Shown: piece by piece, positions 37,221-50,173 of the stretch | Layout of the letters: every line of letters starts with the position of its first letter | How positions within the stretch are numbered: the stretch's first letter is position 1 | Source of the DNA: Tubiluchus corallicola | Taxonomy: Eukaryota; Animalia; Priapulida | Length of the DNA stretch: 64,000 nt | Assembly (NCBI GenBank): GCA_030141605.1 | Contig: JAQGDQ010000128.1 | Coordinates: 124,001-188,000 of the forward strand | Direction of reading: 5' to 3' | The notes under the pieces: generated by a model | Told to the model about the DNA's origin: nothing | Database searches by the model: none | What the model saw: the letters and a program-made list of their open reading frames with translations, nothing else | Position numbers and translations under genes: made by a program

Positions 37221-38849
37221 GTTGACTAGTTTTTCTCCGTCAAAAGTTTCATTTTCTGCATTCCGAGAGGCTAGTGATTTCCGACAAGTTTTCATCTGCA
37301 TTCAGTTATATGTGGATTTAAACTAATATATTAAAGTTTAGTTCGCTAATCGGACTTTAATTGGCTTACTTGCAAACGCATTATTGAATGTTAGCTGGCT
37401 TCTAATTGATTCCGACCATGGCCTGCCGTACCAGTATGTAGAAAGTACTGGTATGGTGTTATTGAGAGTACTTGCTCCGGTCCTCTATATTGCTATAAAT
37501 GTTGAATGATTATACTGTTTTTAATCGCAGTATCTCGATGAAATGAGAGCCAAGCTTCTATTAAGTGGGAAACTTTCCCCGTAGTAACTTAATTCAGACA
37601 GACAATCATAATAATCTTCCTCAGCACCGTCTGAATTATTAAGACCATTTAAGTTGTACACATGTTCTATCTGCGTTGCAATTTCCTGTTGTGGCTGCAT
37701 TAGTGTGAAACTTAAGAAAGCATTACCTTCAAATAGCGAGTAGTAGCTAAGGTCCGGCAAACTGTACGTATCATGTCCATGGGGGGCACATCCAAGTATT
37801 GATTCGGTTGACGTATCTCGCTATTGCTAATTAAAATGGGTGGAGATCAAGAACACGCTGTTTTAAGTGCAGCATCGACAGATTTTATATCCAAAATTGA
37901 AACACTGTCTCTTGCAGTTAATACAACAATTATAATATACCAAGCTACTACACATCGAAGTAAATATTGATAAGTGTACGGTTTTGCATAGCCATGGCAG
38001 TGTTTATTCGTACTGCTAAATCACCGAGGAGAAGATTTTGCAAAATTTTATCACCAAAACTGCTTTATTATCATTTTAATGCTCAAAATCTCGCAGAAAA
38101 ACAGGTATCACTATCAATTATGCCAAGTCGAACTGAACAATAAAAAATTTGTATGAAGAAAGAGTCAATTTTTGATACGTTAATCTCCCCATGGTACTAG
38201 AAGGATGAACCATCACCCACTATACCTTTCAGATTAGCATAAAACTCTGCATAAATCCGACTGCTTGTCAACAAAATATAAACCTGTAGGTAGTATCTTT
38301 AAGATCACAAATTTAACGTTTAACCGCTATAGCCAATTATGGTATTCAGATTAGCGTGAAAAAGTAATAGTGGAGAGGGGGTGCTGACTGTTTTCACCAG
38401 TTTTTTCTTTGTCAAATTAAAGTATTTCATTCTAAAGTAATTAATTTTTCTGTAAAAACCCGGGTACTCCGTACTGTGGCTTTTTATTAAGTTTGTCGCA
38501 TTCCGTATTCTTAGTTCCGTACTCATGCACTAAGCACTGTGAGCAGGAAGTCGCTTCCGAGACAAATCAGCGATTGTTGAAACAGGTGGAAAGGTAACTT
38601 GGCAAAAAAATCGTTTAACGAAAAAGTAGGTGTTTTATAGGAAGTGATATTTCCTTTGCCGACTGCGAGAAAGTAAGTGCTCAGCATGACGTATTGATGA
38701 AATTTCGTGTCTGAGTCGCAAAAAATAGATTCATCGCACAAAACAGTCTTGATGTAAATATTATCGACCATAAGCTAAGGTGTGCGCAGTGACCGGTTGC
38801 GCACCTTTTAACGCAAACACTTATAAACGTGACAAGGTCGCAGCAATGG

Positions 38850-39035
38850 ATGCTCAATGCGTCTCAAGAGTTATCCATCTTGAATATATTCTTTAGTGGG
38901 TATAACATCATAGTAGCGCGTGCGTGTGCCGTTGCAGTATGCACCACATTATTTGAAATGGTCTCAGGCTGTCCGGATTCTTCAGCAGGTCGGAGCACTA
39001 TTTGGTGTCGGTTAAACAACGTCATTTAAAACAGG
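38850..39035 (+). other. Candidate 5' UTR exon of the TNFR-like gene
   Basis: TATAAA at 38822, a GC-richer stretch and a donor CAG|gtaggt at 39036. The TNFR-like ATG exon has an upstream acceptor (ttaacAG at 44655-44656) that needs a partner donor. Confidence 0.35.
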
Positions 39036-40318
39036 TAGGTAAAATCATAATTGCAGCCTTTAAAGAGTCCTAAACAATTTTACATATTCAGTTTAATCTG
39101 TAGTTTGTATTATTTTAGTGCATCAATTACATAAATGTCAGTCCTGCAATAAAAAAAATTGTATAACCATTTTTATTCTGATCATTCTTAGATAAATGCA
39201 CAAACCATTAAAGGAGATCTTACTTTACTGGAGGTTATTAATGATATGTTATTAACGCTATAAGGCTGGAGGTTATTAATGATATGTTTCAAATTCGTCG
39301 ACAATATTCTTTATATCATTGGTTCTGTTATTTATTATACGAGTACGCTCTTATTTTTTCATTTTAAAAGCATTTTGTGTTCACAGGATAAGAATAATTT
39401 CTACGCTCAGATGTTCCTTGTTTAGTAAGATAACAGGATTTAGTTATACGTTTATACCTGCCGGGCATGTAGATCGTATACACCTGTGTATGTGTATGTG
39501 TATCGTACCCTGATCTGATACTCATGCAAAATTCTTGTAACTAATGTAGGACTAACTTATATTGCAGAGTCACTACGTCTTTATAACAGTAATTCTAGGT
39601 ACGCAGGTTGTTGAACTAAGGCCATCGTAGCTTCCTGTGCAAAGCCGTCGAATGGAAAATTTAATATTAAAGTAAGGTTAAATCACGTACCTGTTAAGAC
39701 AGTAGTAAAGATTAAAGAAGTATGAATGTTCTTTTTTGCTTAAGTGTTAGTGAAGGGATTCAAATTGGAATTTTTTGAGGTTGTGAGCAACGAAAATTCT
39801 GGAGATATTAGTTGAAATGTTTGTAATACTTTTATCCCAAGTTTTTACTAACTGAGCTAACAGGAACCCTGTATTCGATCTGATATGCGATATTGGTCAT
39901 TAGAAAACTTATGTAGCAACAAGTGGCCATGCAAGCATTCTCATAGTGTAGGATACTGGGTATAAAACAGAATGAATATGTAAATTATATAGCTTGACAG
40001 TTAGTATTGCTTTGCTTCTCTAATTAGACTCTGTAATCCACCTAGTATCTACATTGACATCTTAATCATTATAATGTATGGATATACACAACAACACAAA
40101 TGAATATACAATTAGGAAGGAGAATAATACCGATTGTACTGTTAAAATAAAGAAACAACTGTTAATTTTTATGAAACGTAACTTGTCTGAAAAGAGGGTA
40201 ACCTGCAAAAGTCGAGCTGAGTCTGATTTCGAACCAAAGATGTTCTGATTACTACTGTACAACCATTAGACCACTCGGCCCTTTATGATCAAGCATGTTT
40301 AAATTAGTCCTACTACTT

Positions 40319-40360
40319 CGTCAACTAATCTAACACCTGCAGGTGTTAGTTTAGTTGACG
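40319..40360. repeat. 42-bp near-perfect palindrome with no loop
   Basis: CGTCAACTAA-t-CTAACACCTGCAGGTGTTAG-t-TTAGTTGACG, one mismatched pair. Confidence 0.9.
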
Positions 40361-43300
40361 CTAAAGTATTTACTAGCTAATTAGATGGCTTTTTGCAATT
40401 AATGTAGAGCCTAGGATAATCTATGAGTAACTGATTGTTATTTATAAGCTCCATTTTAATTTTAATGATGGAATAAGCCTCAATTATTGTAACTTACCCG
40501 AAAAGAGAAAACGCAGAAGTTAGGTCCGGGGCTGAATATCGGGGCCTTGTTATTAGGATGACTTGCCCAACACCCCAGGAGGACCATGCCAGGGACAATG
40601 CCAGACATTGTTAACTTCTGTGGAATACTAAGAGCCAGAATGGCTATTTAAGAAAAGCTCGCGACTTTAAAGGTAGTCAGCAACAGATAATTGTACCTTA
40701 CAATAATTATAATTATACATTAATTTGTTGCCATGTTAGTGTAACCGCATTTGTTACACTAATGTAAGCAGCAAATGAATTATACAGCATTTAACTAATC
40801 ACTATTCACCTATACCTGTACCGTAACTGATTAACAATTGTCATCACTGCACAAAAGATTACAATTTATTTGAATCTTTTAGCGCTGATTCAATGGTGCA
40901 GTTTTCTGGCACGTTTTCCTGTTTAATTAATTGCGTGACGCGTGGGGAAAAATATCAGCTAGTAAATGCCACAAGTCACTATGTGTTGCCCGTGCGCCAT
41001 ACATTTGATTTTTATCCCAGTTTTTTTTTCAAAAAATTGGCCATCGTTTAGCCAACCTGTTGGTCGATCTCATTTTCGCCCAGCTGCTTTAACTATGTAT
41101 TTCTGTAATTAATGAACTTTTACTGCTAGAATTCTACTATACAAATATGCTAATAACATCACACTGAACTGTATTCTATAGTGAAAACTTTAGGGTCTAT
41201 TCGACGCTAATTGTAAAATGTATGTAAAACGTATGTGTGATGTGATTTTTTTATTAATAAATTATCAATAATCTACCCAAAATTTGACTTATATTGGCTA
41301 TTAATTTCAATTTTGTACACAAGTCTTAAATATTATCATGGCTTAGTGTCTTGGAGTTATGATCTGCTCACTCTTTTTCATTCTTTTTATAATATTTTCT
41401 AATTAACTGATCAGTAGAGAATTTATTTCATTTTGATGAATTGCAACCACAATATGAAATCAATAATTTTACGGCACTACTCTGGTGCAGTGTTTTACCA
41501 TGTTGTAACTCATAGTGAGAGGAGGTTCACGATGAACGCATTTTTGTGTTGGTTATTGGACTGCTGCCATCACAAACTATACAAGCTGCTTGAAACAGCA
41601 TTGACAATGTAATTATATTGACAGCTCCCGTTTTTTAACTTGATTTTTTGATTGATTTTTCTTGTTCTTTATCGTTTCGCCATGTTCAGAGTTAAATAAT
41701 ATTATACCTTTCGCTTTTTCATTTGTTTTTATTAAAAGTCAGAGCTCACTTACTGTATGCACACTGCCCAGTTTACTAGATTAACCAAGCAAATCCAATT
41801 ATTAATGTATGACAAGTACTTAGCAAACCTAATATAATCTAATATGGACAATATAATATGCTCATAGACTGAAAACAGTTATACCGAATGTTACTGTTAA
41901 AACATGCTTTTCACGCTGTTGAACTGTTGACAGAACATACAAATCTGCGGATAGACATAAGTTCAAAGTGCGAAGAAGTTTGTTCCGTGCATTCCTTGCT
42001 GAGTTGATATACATGTAAGTGCATATATAAACAGTATGTTTGTATGTGACAACAATATTACAGTGTACGTTGTCGTTAAGTGTGATGCATAGAACGTATA
42101 TATACTCGGCACGTCATATAATCATAACGGCCATTTTCTTCAGTACCATTGCTCATAGTATTCTCCCTGCAGTGTCAGTATTGCATAAACTATTCGACTT
42201 GATTTAGGCAATAGTTCTAACAAGATTTGATCTTCCTGTTCTTGTGATTTACCCTTCATTGACGAGTGTGCTAAATTTAGCTACTATTATCTTTCACAAT
42301 CAATTAGAACGTTACCATTGTAATAATCTAGAGATTATAGTGAAATATTAACAGGACATATTTATTAAAACAATTACAGTAGGAAGAAACTAGGCTTGCA
42401 CTACAGCAACTTTACGTCTGCTCTGTCGCGAAGAAGCTACTGAGAAGCTTTTCTTGCTCAGCGCACGCAAGCATAATGTGGATATAATGTTTGTGCAATG
42501 TAATGACAAAATATTACACATTCTGCTACAGGCATTCCTAGCTCTTTGAAAAACAGAGATCCTTATTGAATGAAGCCTAATTAAACACGACTTTACAATT
42601 ATTTCTTATGATATAATGTATAGCGAACGGTAGTCATGTGTGATTGAGCAGTAAACCTATTATAATGCATGAATACTGTTTTCAGTGCTCAATAATTTTG
42701 ATAACTATACAGAAAGATAATATAACGAGCACGAATAAGCATACAAAACATTAATGACAACTTCAAAATACAAGACTCTGAGGTAGTGCCATGGAGCTCA
42801 ATTACATACTTCCTATTTGCGTGGAGACTGAACTAGTTACTAGATATCCGATTGTGAATGATTGTGAACTATCAATTTCACGTGATAGATATCAAAGTTG
42901 TAGTGATTTGTTAAACTGAAGTGGCGAACAACCCATCATATTGGTACGACTAAAAACTATTATGAATTCCAATACAAACTTCACAAAACTGTTGACATTA
43001 GTAGACAAAAGCTTACGCATAAAGTCAAAATAAGTAGAATTATTTTACACTTTTTGGTGTACGTTCTGTGCCTTTAAACTCACTGTCCGTGCCTCAGTGC
43101 CAGTAATCTCCCCCAGCCCACATGACTAGTGTTTCAGCATAATATACCTAAACACCCTGCAGCTCCTCAGAAATTCTAGGCCAATAATAATTACAAAAAA
43201 GAATTTCTCACTTGACGGGTAATGAATAATGAATGTTTTAATTATTAATCTCGAGTTTTTAACATATGACGTTAGATCTCACCAATGTCTAATGATCGTT

Positions 43301-44701
43301 TCCTATACCCAATAAAGGATAGCAGGCCAGGTGACTTCTGCAGTCTTTTCACTATGCTAACTTTCTAACTTTTTACTGTAATAATGTCTCGTGACCTATC
43401 TATCGAACCTATTAATAACGGTTGTTATATATATAATGTACAAAAAGAGATAAATAAATAAAAATTAAATCGAATTGAATTGAATAGTTATCTAATTGAA
43501 TAGTTAACTTGGAAAGTTAAAAATAAGTTAATACACATTGCTGTTAAGAACTTACATTTTAAAATTTGCCTGGAGTGACGATCAGGTCAATGATTATGAA
43601 AATGTACCTCAATATGTAGCGAGCTAGCCAGGTATAACATAAATAAAGAGTTATACCAAAGTCCATGATTGCGATGTTTACCTTATTGTGTTTGCTCACA
43701 TTTTCTTGTGTTTATACACGTTTTATGTGATGTAAACAAAGGACTGGGCATAAAAGAAAATCAAAAAAGAATGTTTTGGCTTATTTGCTGAATACTGAGT
43801 TTTTCTGAGTTGCGTGTTAATCCTTGTTTATTGTGCTTTCAGTTTTAACGTGTAAATAAACCTTTTAATATTTAAGCCTGTTGCTAGACTTCACGTACAG
43901 TTAAATATGTAAACGCGCGCGCGTGTGTGTGAGTGTGTGTATGTGTATTGAATTTTATCATAATAATTATGATGTGACTTACATGTACAGTTATTAAATT
44001 TCATCATGGCTATATTTTGTAATAGCAATAGATTATTAATAATTATTAAGCATTTTACTGGCGCTTAAATCTTAACGCATCGTCGTAAAGATGTCTTTCT
44101 TTGACTGCTCAGAATTTCACTGATGTCTTATGCGGTGGTTTAACAGGTCTTTAGCGTTTACTAACTACAAGCTCTACTTCTGACTTCTACAAACCATCTC
44201 AAATAAAAATAGAGTTTTTTGAACAACTGTGTAAAAATGTAGCGAATAACTAAGTGCTAAATCAATGTAAGTATACTTGCAACAAAGAAAATGATCATAC
44301 AACCTAATGTCATTGATTGAGTTTTTGATGACAAATGTCACATTATGTTAAAGGAATCAAGTATACTTGCTTTTGACAACATTACCTACTTGAGATAACA
44401 GTGATGCGAAATTAGCATACTGCCAAGCGAAATTGAATTGAATGTTGAAATGCGCAACCCATGCTGTCAAGATGTTTTGTACACGTTCTTTATTAGTTGA
44501 CAATCGGGTAATTGATCCAAAACTGACCTGATCTGAAATTCGGCCAATAACGTGTAAAACTGGAGGGTGCGAGAAGGGAGATTTTTGAAACAATGATTTT
44601 ATTGAAGAGTGACATCAGCGATATGATTGGTACTATAACACTTTTTCACTTAACAGGGCACAGGGGCATAAAATGCTGATGCCAAACGTCTTACTGATAA
44701 G

Positions 44702-44796
44702 ATGACGAAGTGGTTTCATGTTTATCGACTAGAAGCTGCAGTAGCGCTTTCTCTGTTACTACTAGCGCTATCAAATGAAACAACACCAAACAACAG
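44702..44796 (+). CDS. TNFR-superfamily-like receptor, coding exon 1 (signal peptide)
   Basis: Reads MTKWFHVYRLEAAVALSLLLLALSNETTPNN, with an in-frame stop upstream and donor AG|gtatga in phase 2. Confidence 0.75.
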
Positions 44797-45049
44797 GTAT
44801 GATTAATAACCTATGGGACCCTATCAGTTTGTTATAATAATTTCGCTGCCCTTAGGTTTGCTTTCTGTATCTTTTTCACTCATTTTTATGTAAATCATTT
44901 TACTGATTTAGCAGGCGTACAACGTGATCTTGCCCTGCCCCACCCACATTTCATTCTTACAGAACTCCAAACACAATGATACTATAAAAATACACACTAA
45001 TTCCGCACACTTTCGTAAAGCGGATGGTTTGTGCAGACAATTTTCAAAT

Positions 45050-45219
45050 AGAAAAAGAACTGAGAACGAGAGGGAGAGGATGAGAGAAAGAGAAATAGAA
45101 GGAGAGAGTGATGGACAAGAAATGAGAGGAAGAGGGAACAGAAAAATAGTTTGATAGAAAGGGAGATCGGTTTACACTCTGCGGAAAGTGAATAAACAGA
45201 GGAAGAGAGATATAGAGAG

Positions 45220-45250
<31 letters not shown>

Positions 45251-45255
45251 GGGAG
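45050..45255. repeat. GA-rich microsatellite tract
   Basis: Directly visible. Confidence 0.85.
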
Positions 45256-46422
45256 TAAGCGTTAAAAAGAAAAAGTTAGCAATCATTTTAACACGAAAAA
45301 ACCAAAGTTAATTCTAACAGTTTGAATTAACTATACTTGAGCTGTGCTCAGGCACGATGCTCAGAATAAATACATCCAGACACGATGCAGAAAAACTGGT
45401 AATGTTGTAGTGCATCTTATTGCCTAAATTTTGCCTTGTTCGTGTGTGCCGTACGTTAAATCGTTGTAATTAAAAATATATTTGAGAGAAAAAATAAAGA
45501 GAAAACAAACATGCATCTCATAAGTTATGAAACTCCTGCTCAGGTATTCGTCTACTCTCAAGTCGTGAGATTAAGCGTGAGACGTGTGTTAAAGCTATCG
45601 ATGCATTGTTTCAGATTTAGTACTTGGTCAGCAAACTTTAAAGATTTCGAAAAGTTTTACTGATTGTTTCCTGAAGAGCTCCTGTGAGAATTTTGGAGGT
45701 CTTTCCACTCATTAGAGCTGGCTAAATGCGACCTGTCGTTTGCTACTCTTTTTTCCAAATATGTGCCTTATAAATAACTGTCTTGATGTTCTGGATCCGT
45801 AATAGACCTTGGTTGTGAATTGTCACCAGGGCGATCAAAAACGTTTTAGTCAAAAACACTCATCAAATACATTGCAGAATCTAAGTGCAGCATCTAGTAT
45901 TGTGCAGAATCTTACTATTTTTGGTACTGAAATTCAGTACCGCTAAAAGTTTAGTTCAAAAACTTTCAATGCAACAAACTACCGGTACTGAATACGTTTA
46001 ACGAACAAAAGTATTATAAACTTAATACTGATAAAAGAAGAGTTACTATCTAAATGACATCCTCTACAACATATTTAACGTCAGTTTGTTATTGTGCAGA
46101 GGATTGTGACAGAAAACAAGACCATTTTACTAGTGCATATAGGCTCTAATTTCAAACTAGGTAGGTCTCGTTGTACCATCAATAATAACTTTTCAATGGC
46201 CATAATATTCAATGTACACATAGCTGAATTAAGTATTCAATATCTATATAAAAAATCATCTAAATCAGTTCAGTATTTGTTTTTGGAAGGCAATTTGATA
46301 GCTTGCTCAATAGTCCAAAATGAAATCTACGTGTAATAGTCTTAAATTCTCTGTTTTTGTAAAGCAAATGTCTTATTATCTTATTTTACTGCGTTCTAAT
46401 GATAGTTCTTTATGTTAATTAG

Positions 46423-46521
46423 ATTTCGACATTGTAAACCAGGCGAGAGTTTTGCAAGGTTTGTTCCCGATGCGAAGACAGATACACCGATCTATCACAG
46501 TGATGATGCAACTGGTAACTA
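46423..46521 (+). CDS. TNFR-like receptor, coding exon 2 (start of the cysteine-rich domain)
   Basis: ttaattAG acceptor and TA|gtaagt donor, 99 nt, phase 2-2. Reads (R)FRHCKPGESFARFVPDAKTDTPIYHSDDATGN(Y). CKPGE.F is a typical CRD opening. Confidence 0.78.
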
Positions 46522-48191
46522 GTAAGTTTTCAGTTGATTTCTTGTAATATCATGATGCTATTATGCACTTAAGAAATCTGTAGCGAGAAAGCTGAAAACG
46601 TCGCACCAAGTTTCAACCTACAGAACCATGAAAACCTTCTGTCAAACGTGTAATCAATTTGAGAAATGTATGCGGGCAAAATTGAACTTATAGCTAACAC
46701 TGAAGCTGAAACGAAATGTCCACGATATTGCATTTCGGACAAATCACGCACGGTATTCTTATTAAATTACTTCAATAAAAAGTTGTTAGACTATAAATTT
46801 CCTAAATAAATTTATAGCTGTAAAAATAGCTTTTACAGGCCTGACCAACCACAATGGAAGACCTTTGCATTTTGTATTGAAATCATTGATCTATCATTAC
46901 AAAATGTAATATTATGATATAATAAGTATCATTTTATATAATGATAATTCAGAGACTGAAACACTCGCCTAATTTTCTCGAAGCATTGGTTTTTGCTTGC
47001 TACTTATTCTGTCGACGAGTTAATGACAAGATCAATAACACGACGAAGGCTTGAATATTGGTTTTGCTATTAAACTGCAAAACTTTAACACAGGAAAGAT
47101 GCTGGTTTTTTTGAGCAAATTAAAACCGATACTAGTCGGATAACTGATCAATCTATTTATTAAAACAGATGCACACTCAAATCAGATTATCTTTGCAGCT
47201 ACAATCCGGCATTCATTTATAACCAATCAAGCACGATCCAGCAATGAAAACCCCACATGATTAGAAACCGATTGATTGAGTGGCAAAATTGTATTCTGAT
47301 AGATAGTAATGGTTTATAATCAATTTAATTTTGGTTAATCGAGTAAGCTCACTCGAGAAAAATTGAAAGCGAATACCTGCTGACAGCTGAGAGAGAAAGG
47401 GGAAAGGAAAGATCAACTTAAAACTTTTGAAATGTGAAGCAGCAGAACACAAGAACCAAATAGTGGTATTAATTAGGGAAGTTTTGGTCCATGATTAAAA
47501 TTGAACAAGTGCCCAGTTTCTTTAACATGCTTGTCAATTCCAAAGTCAGTTTTCTTAAATTTTAATGGGAGTAATGTGATTCTTTAAGACGAATTCAAAG
47601 TGACGACTATTTTTAATCAGAATATAATACTATTAAGTATTGTATCATTAATGATATCATTATTGTCGCCATTAATTTTTTACACGAATTGCAGACGAGT
47701 GGCGATAGCGACTTATTCAGCAGAGTAAAAAGGTATCGCGGGAAATCAGGCACTAAACCGTTGATATCGCATTAAAGAAGATCGCGGCAGTTCGTTAGAG
47801 CCAGTCTGCTTAATGGGGAAGAAAGGGGAATTTATAAGCGTCTACCTAGTTACGATTTTTATCACCCGAGTACTTGTTATTTGGGCTTCAATTAGCTGAT
47901 TCTGGAAATAGATGAAATCGGGACGCATTTTGACATCTCTTAAAAGATGAAAGGATAGCTTTATTGCACCTCAGTGTAATAACTTCTAACCAAATGTGAT
48001 CATCAAGTTTGTATTTTTTAATAGGATCAGTAAAGCCTAGAAAATTAATAATAACTAATAGTTTTCGGAATAATGAAAGTCAGGCGAGACGATTTTAATG
48101 AGCAGGTTTTAGAACTCCGCACTACGAAACTAGAATTATTTGTTGTAATTGGTCAAGCCACTATATATTATGGCTACATTAGGGCTATAGT

Positions 48192-48494
48192 CATAGGAGT
48201 ACGGACCGATTTTTCAAGGGTGAGGGGCTCATCAACGTTTGCCCGAAAAATTCAGGGTTAATTGCAAGTCGAGAATTGCCTCTCTCCGCCCTATGATCAA
48301 AAAATGCCCGGATTTCGGGCACTTCATTTGGCGACATTTGGAAAAATTTCGAGATTTCCTTTTATGAAAAATATTATTTTATTTTTTTCATCATTTGGCC
48401 TGTGCCCGAAAAATTTGGTGATTGTCCGAAAAAAAATGTGTTTGTACGAATCTGGGGGAGAGGCTGCAGATAGGTTGCTGCTCGTACGCCTATG
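48192..48494. mobile_element. MITE with CATAGG(C/A)GTACG terminal inverted repeats (possibly hAT-like)
   Basis: cataggagtacg (48192) ... cgtacgcctatg (48494), 11 of 12 complementary. Internal repeated tgcccgaaaaatt. No clean TSD. Confidence 0.65.
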
Positions 48495-48839
48495 GCTGTG
48501 CATTATGTGTAAATATAGACTGTACTATATTTTGTTATAATTGCAAAAAATATTTATGAAGAACCAGTACCTTCGTATTTGACTTTTTCGTCTTTTAACT
48601 GACTTTTCATTATTCTATAAAAATACAAAATTACAAAGAATTGATCAAATCTAATCTAATATTGCATGTGTTCAATCAATGCTTATTTACTAATAAATAA
48701 GAAACAAGAGTTTAGAGGCCATCCTCTCAGAGAATGTGCCTATCATTTTAGTTGTTTCAAGGAAATGGAGTATAGGCCCAACCACTTAAAAAACGTATGT
48801 TCCTCTTACAAAACGTATGTGTCATTTTACTTGTTTCAG

Positions 48840-48997
48840 TTACACCTGCCTACCATGCAGCATCTGTGAAAATGGCCTGAAGATGACAGGGCATTGCTTC
48901 GAGGATCTTGACACTGAGTGTTCAGATAACGAGTGCGAAGAAGAGGGGTATGTTTACCTTAATGATGAAGAAGTTGGACCTCCACAGTGCATACCCA
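48840..48997 (+). CDS. TNFR-like receptor, coding exon 3 (TNFR/NGFR cysteine-rich domain)
   Basis: Reads YTCLPCSICENGLKMTGHCFEDLDTECSDNECEEEGYVYLNDEEVGPPQCIP, a C-x2-C-x2-C-x9-C-x4-DTxC TNFR signature. tttcAG acceptor and A|gtaagt donor, phase 2-1. Confidence 0.88.
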
Positions 48998-49627
48998 GTA
49001 AGTACACATTTAATTTTCCAGCAAATCAAATAACGGTGACAAATCAGGTTCTCAGTGTTCAAAACTAAGTGGATCGTCGCACATGCACATAACCACCGAG
49101 GTTTCAAGTCTCGGTCTAGGTTGAATCACACGTAAACCATAGACTTTGCACATAGTGGTATGTATCGGTTGGCGCAGACAAAGGCATCAACGTGAGTACA
49201 ATAATATTAAAAGCAAGTGTTCTGTGTTAAAGAATAAAGTTGGAATTTCAAAGCTTCGTGCTTCAGTACATTAACTTTTGGCTGTGAAAGCTACAAGTTT
49301 ATAATTAATGTTATTATAATCTTAACTCTGTCAAGTATGGTATTGCTCCTTATCAATATGATTTGGTAAAAAATGAGTGTGTGAAAATTTAGCCATTTAT
49401 GTAGTAAAGGTGATAGTGTAATAACGATAGCTGTGATGATGATCACCTTCATTAGGTATTATGCGTTATCATCACCATCATCATCATCACCACCCTTCTT
49501 TAGTAAAGCGCATCTCGCTACTTTAATGAACTTTCTTTTCTACACTATGCAAATGTGCGAGTTGTTGCTAATATAAAATGATTCCTTAAATAAGCTCCGA
49601 ATTTAAACTGAGTTTATTTTGCTGTAG

Positions 49628-49678
49628 GATTACAAAGCCCAGAAACATTAACATCTCTGGAAGCAGAAAGTCAAACCA
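49628..49678 (+). CDS. TNFR-like receptor, coding exon 4 (S/T-rich stalk)
   Basis: gctgtAG acceptor and A|gtaagt donor, 51 nt, phase 1-1. Reads (R)LQSPETLTSLEAESQT. Confidence 0.75.
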
Positions 49679-49943
49679 GTAAGTGAAATGTTGTCCATTA
49701 AATTAAAGTCCAAATTATAATTGAGAACTCACTGTGTAGTTTGCAATTAACAATGCCTGAAAATGTCTCTTACAAAATGTTCATATTGTAATGAAGAAAT
49801 AATGTATGAAACTGTTTTATAAAAGTTATAATTGTTATAAAATTTGTTGGGTTTATCAATTCATACCCAAGCTTAAAATCTAAATAAAAATTTAAAATGA
49901 AAATTATTAGCCGTGGATAACTGCATTTTAATATTTATTTCAG

Positions 49944-50173
49944 GTTGTTCTTCTGATAAGTGTGTTGATAGACCTTCACTGCAATTTACTGGACTTGTCA
50001 TTTTCGCAGTAGTTCTCTCAAGCCTTTCCTGTTTTGTCAGTGTTGGAGCCTTGGCATTTGTGTGTCGTTTGTATCGTAAGCGTCAACAGTCGCCCGCCAA
50101 AAGCCGCTGTTCACATAAATGCATGAATCCTTGTTCAGCAAACGGTCGAGAGATGGCACCACTAACAAAATAG
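49944..50173 (+). CDS. TNFR-like receptor, coding exon 5 (TM helix and short cytoplasmic tail)
   Basis: ttatttcAG acceptor. Reads (S)CSSDKCVDRPSLQFTGLVIFAVVLSSLSCFVSVGALAFVC-RLYRKRQQSPAKSRCSHKCMNPCSANGREMAPLTK*. Joined CDS is 633 nt (210 aa). An AU-rich 3' UTR follows, with AATAAA at 51759 and 51893. Confidence 0.85.

Noticed and set aside
36377-37760. ORFs 36377(-) and 37521(-) as host genes
   Set aside because: Bounded by in-frame stops and collinear with LINE endonuclease motifs; better explained as retrotransposon remnants.
38460-38478. Minus-strand CACAGTA as a Transib/RSS-like end
   Set aside because: No matching second terminus, nonamer or transposase found.
39228-39288. 23-bp direct repeat (and a similar pair at ~58663-58707) as CRISPR-like
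   Set aside because: Only two copies, eukaryotic context and no cas genes; simple local duplications.
47695-47732. Extra 38-nt exon candidate in the TNFR-like gene
   Set aside because: Creates TA|A stop and breaks the phase; at most a poison exon, with no support.
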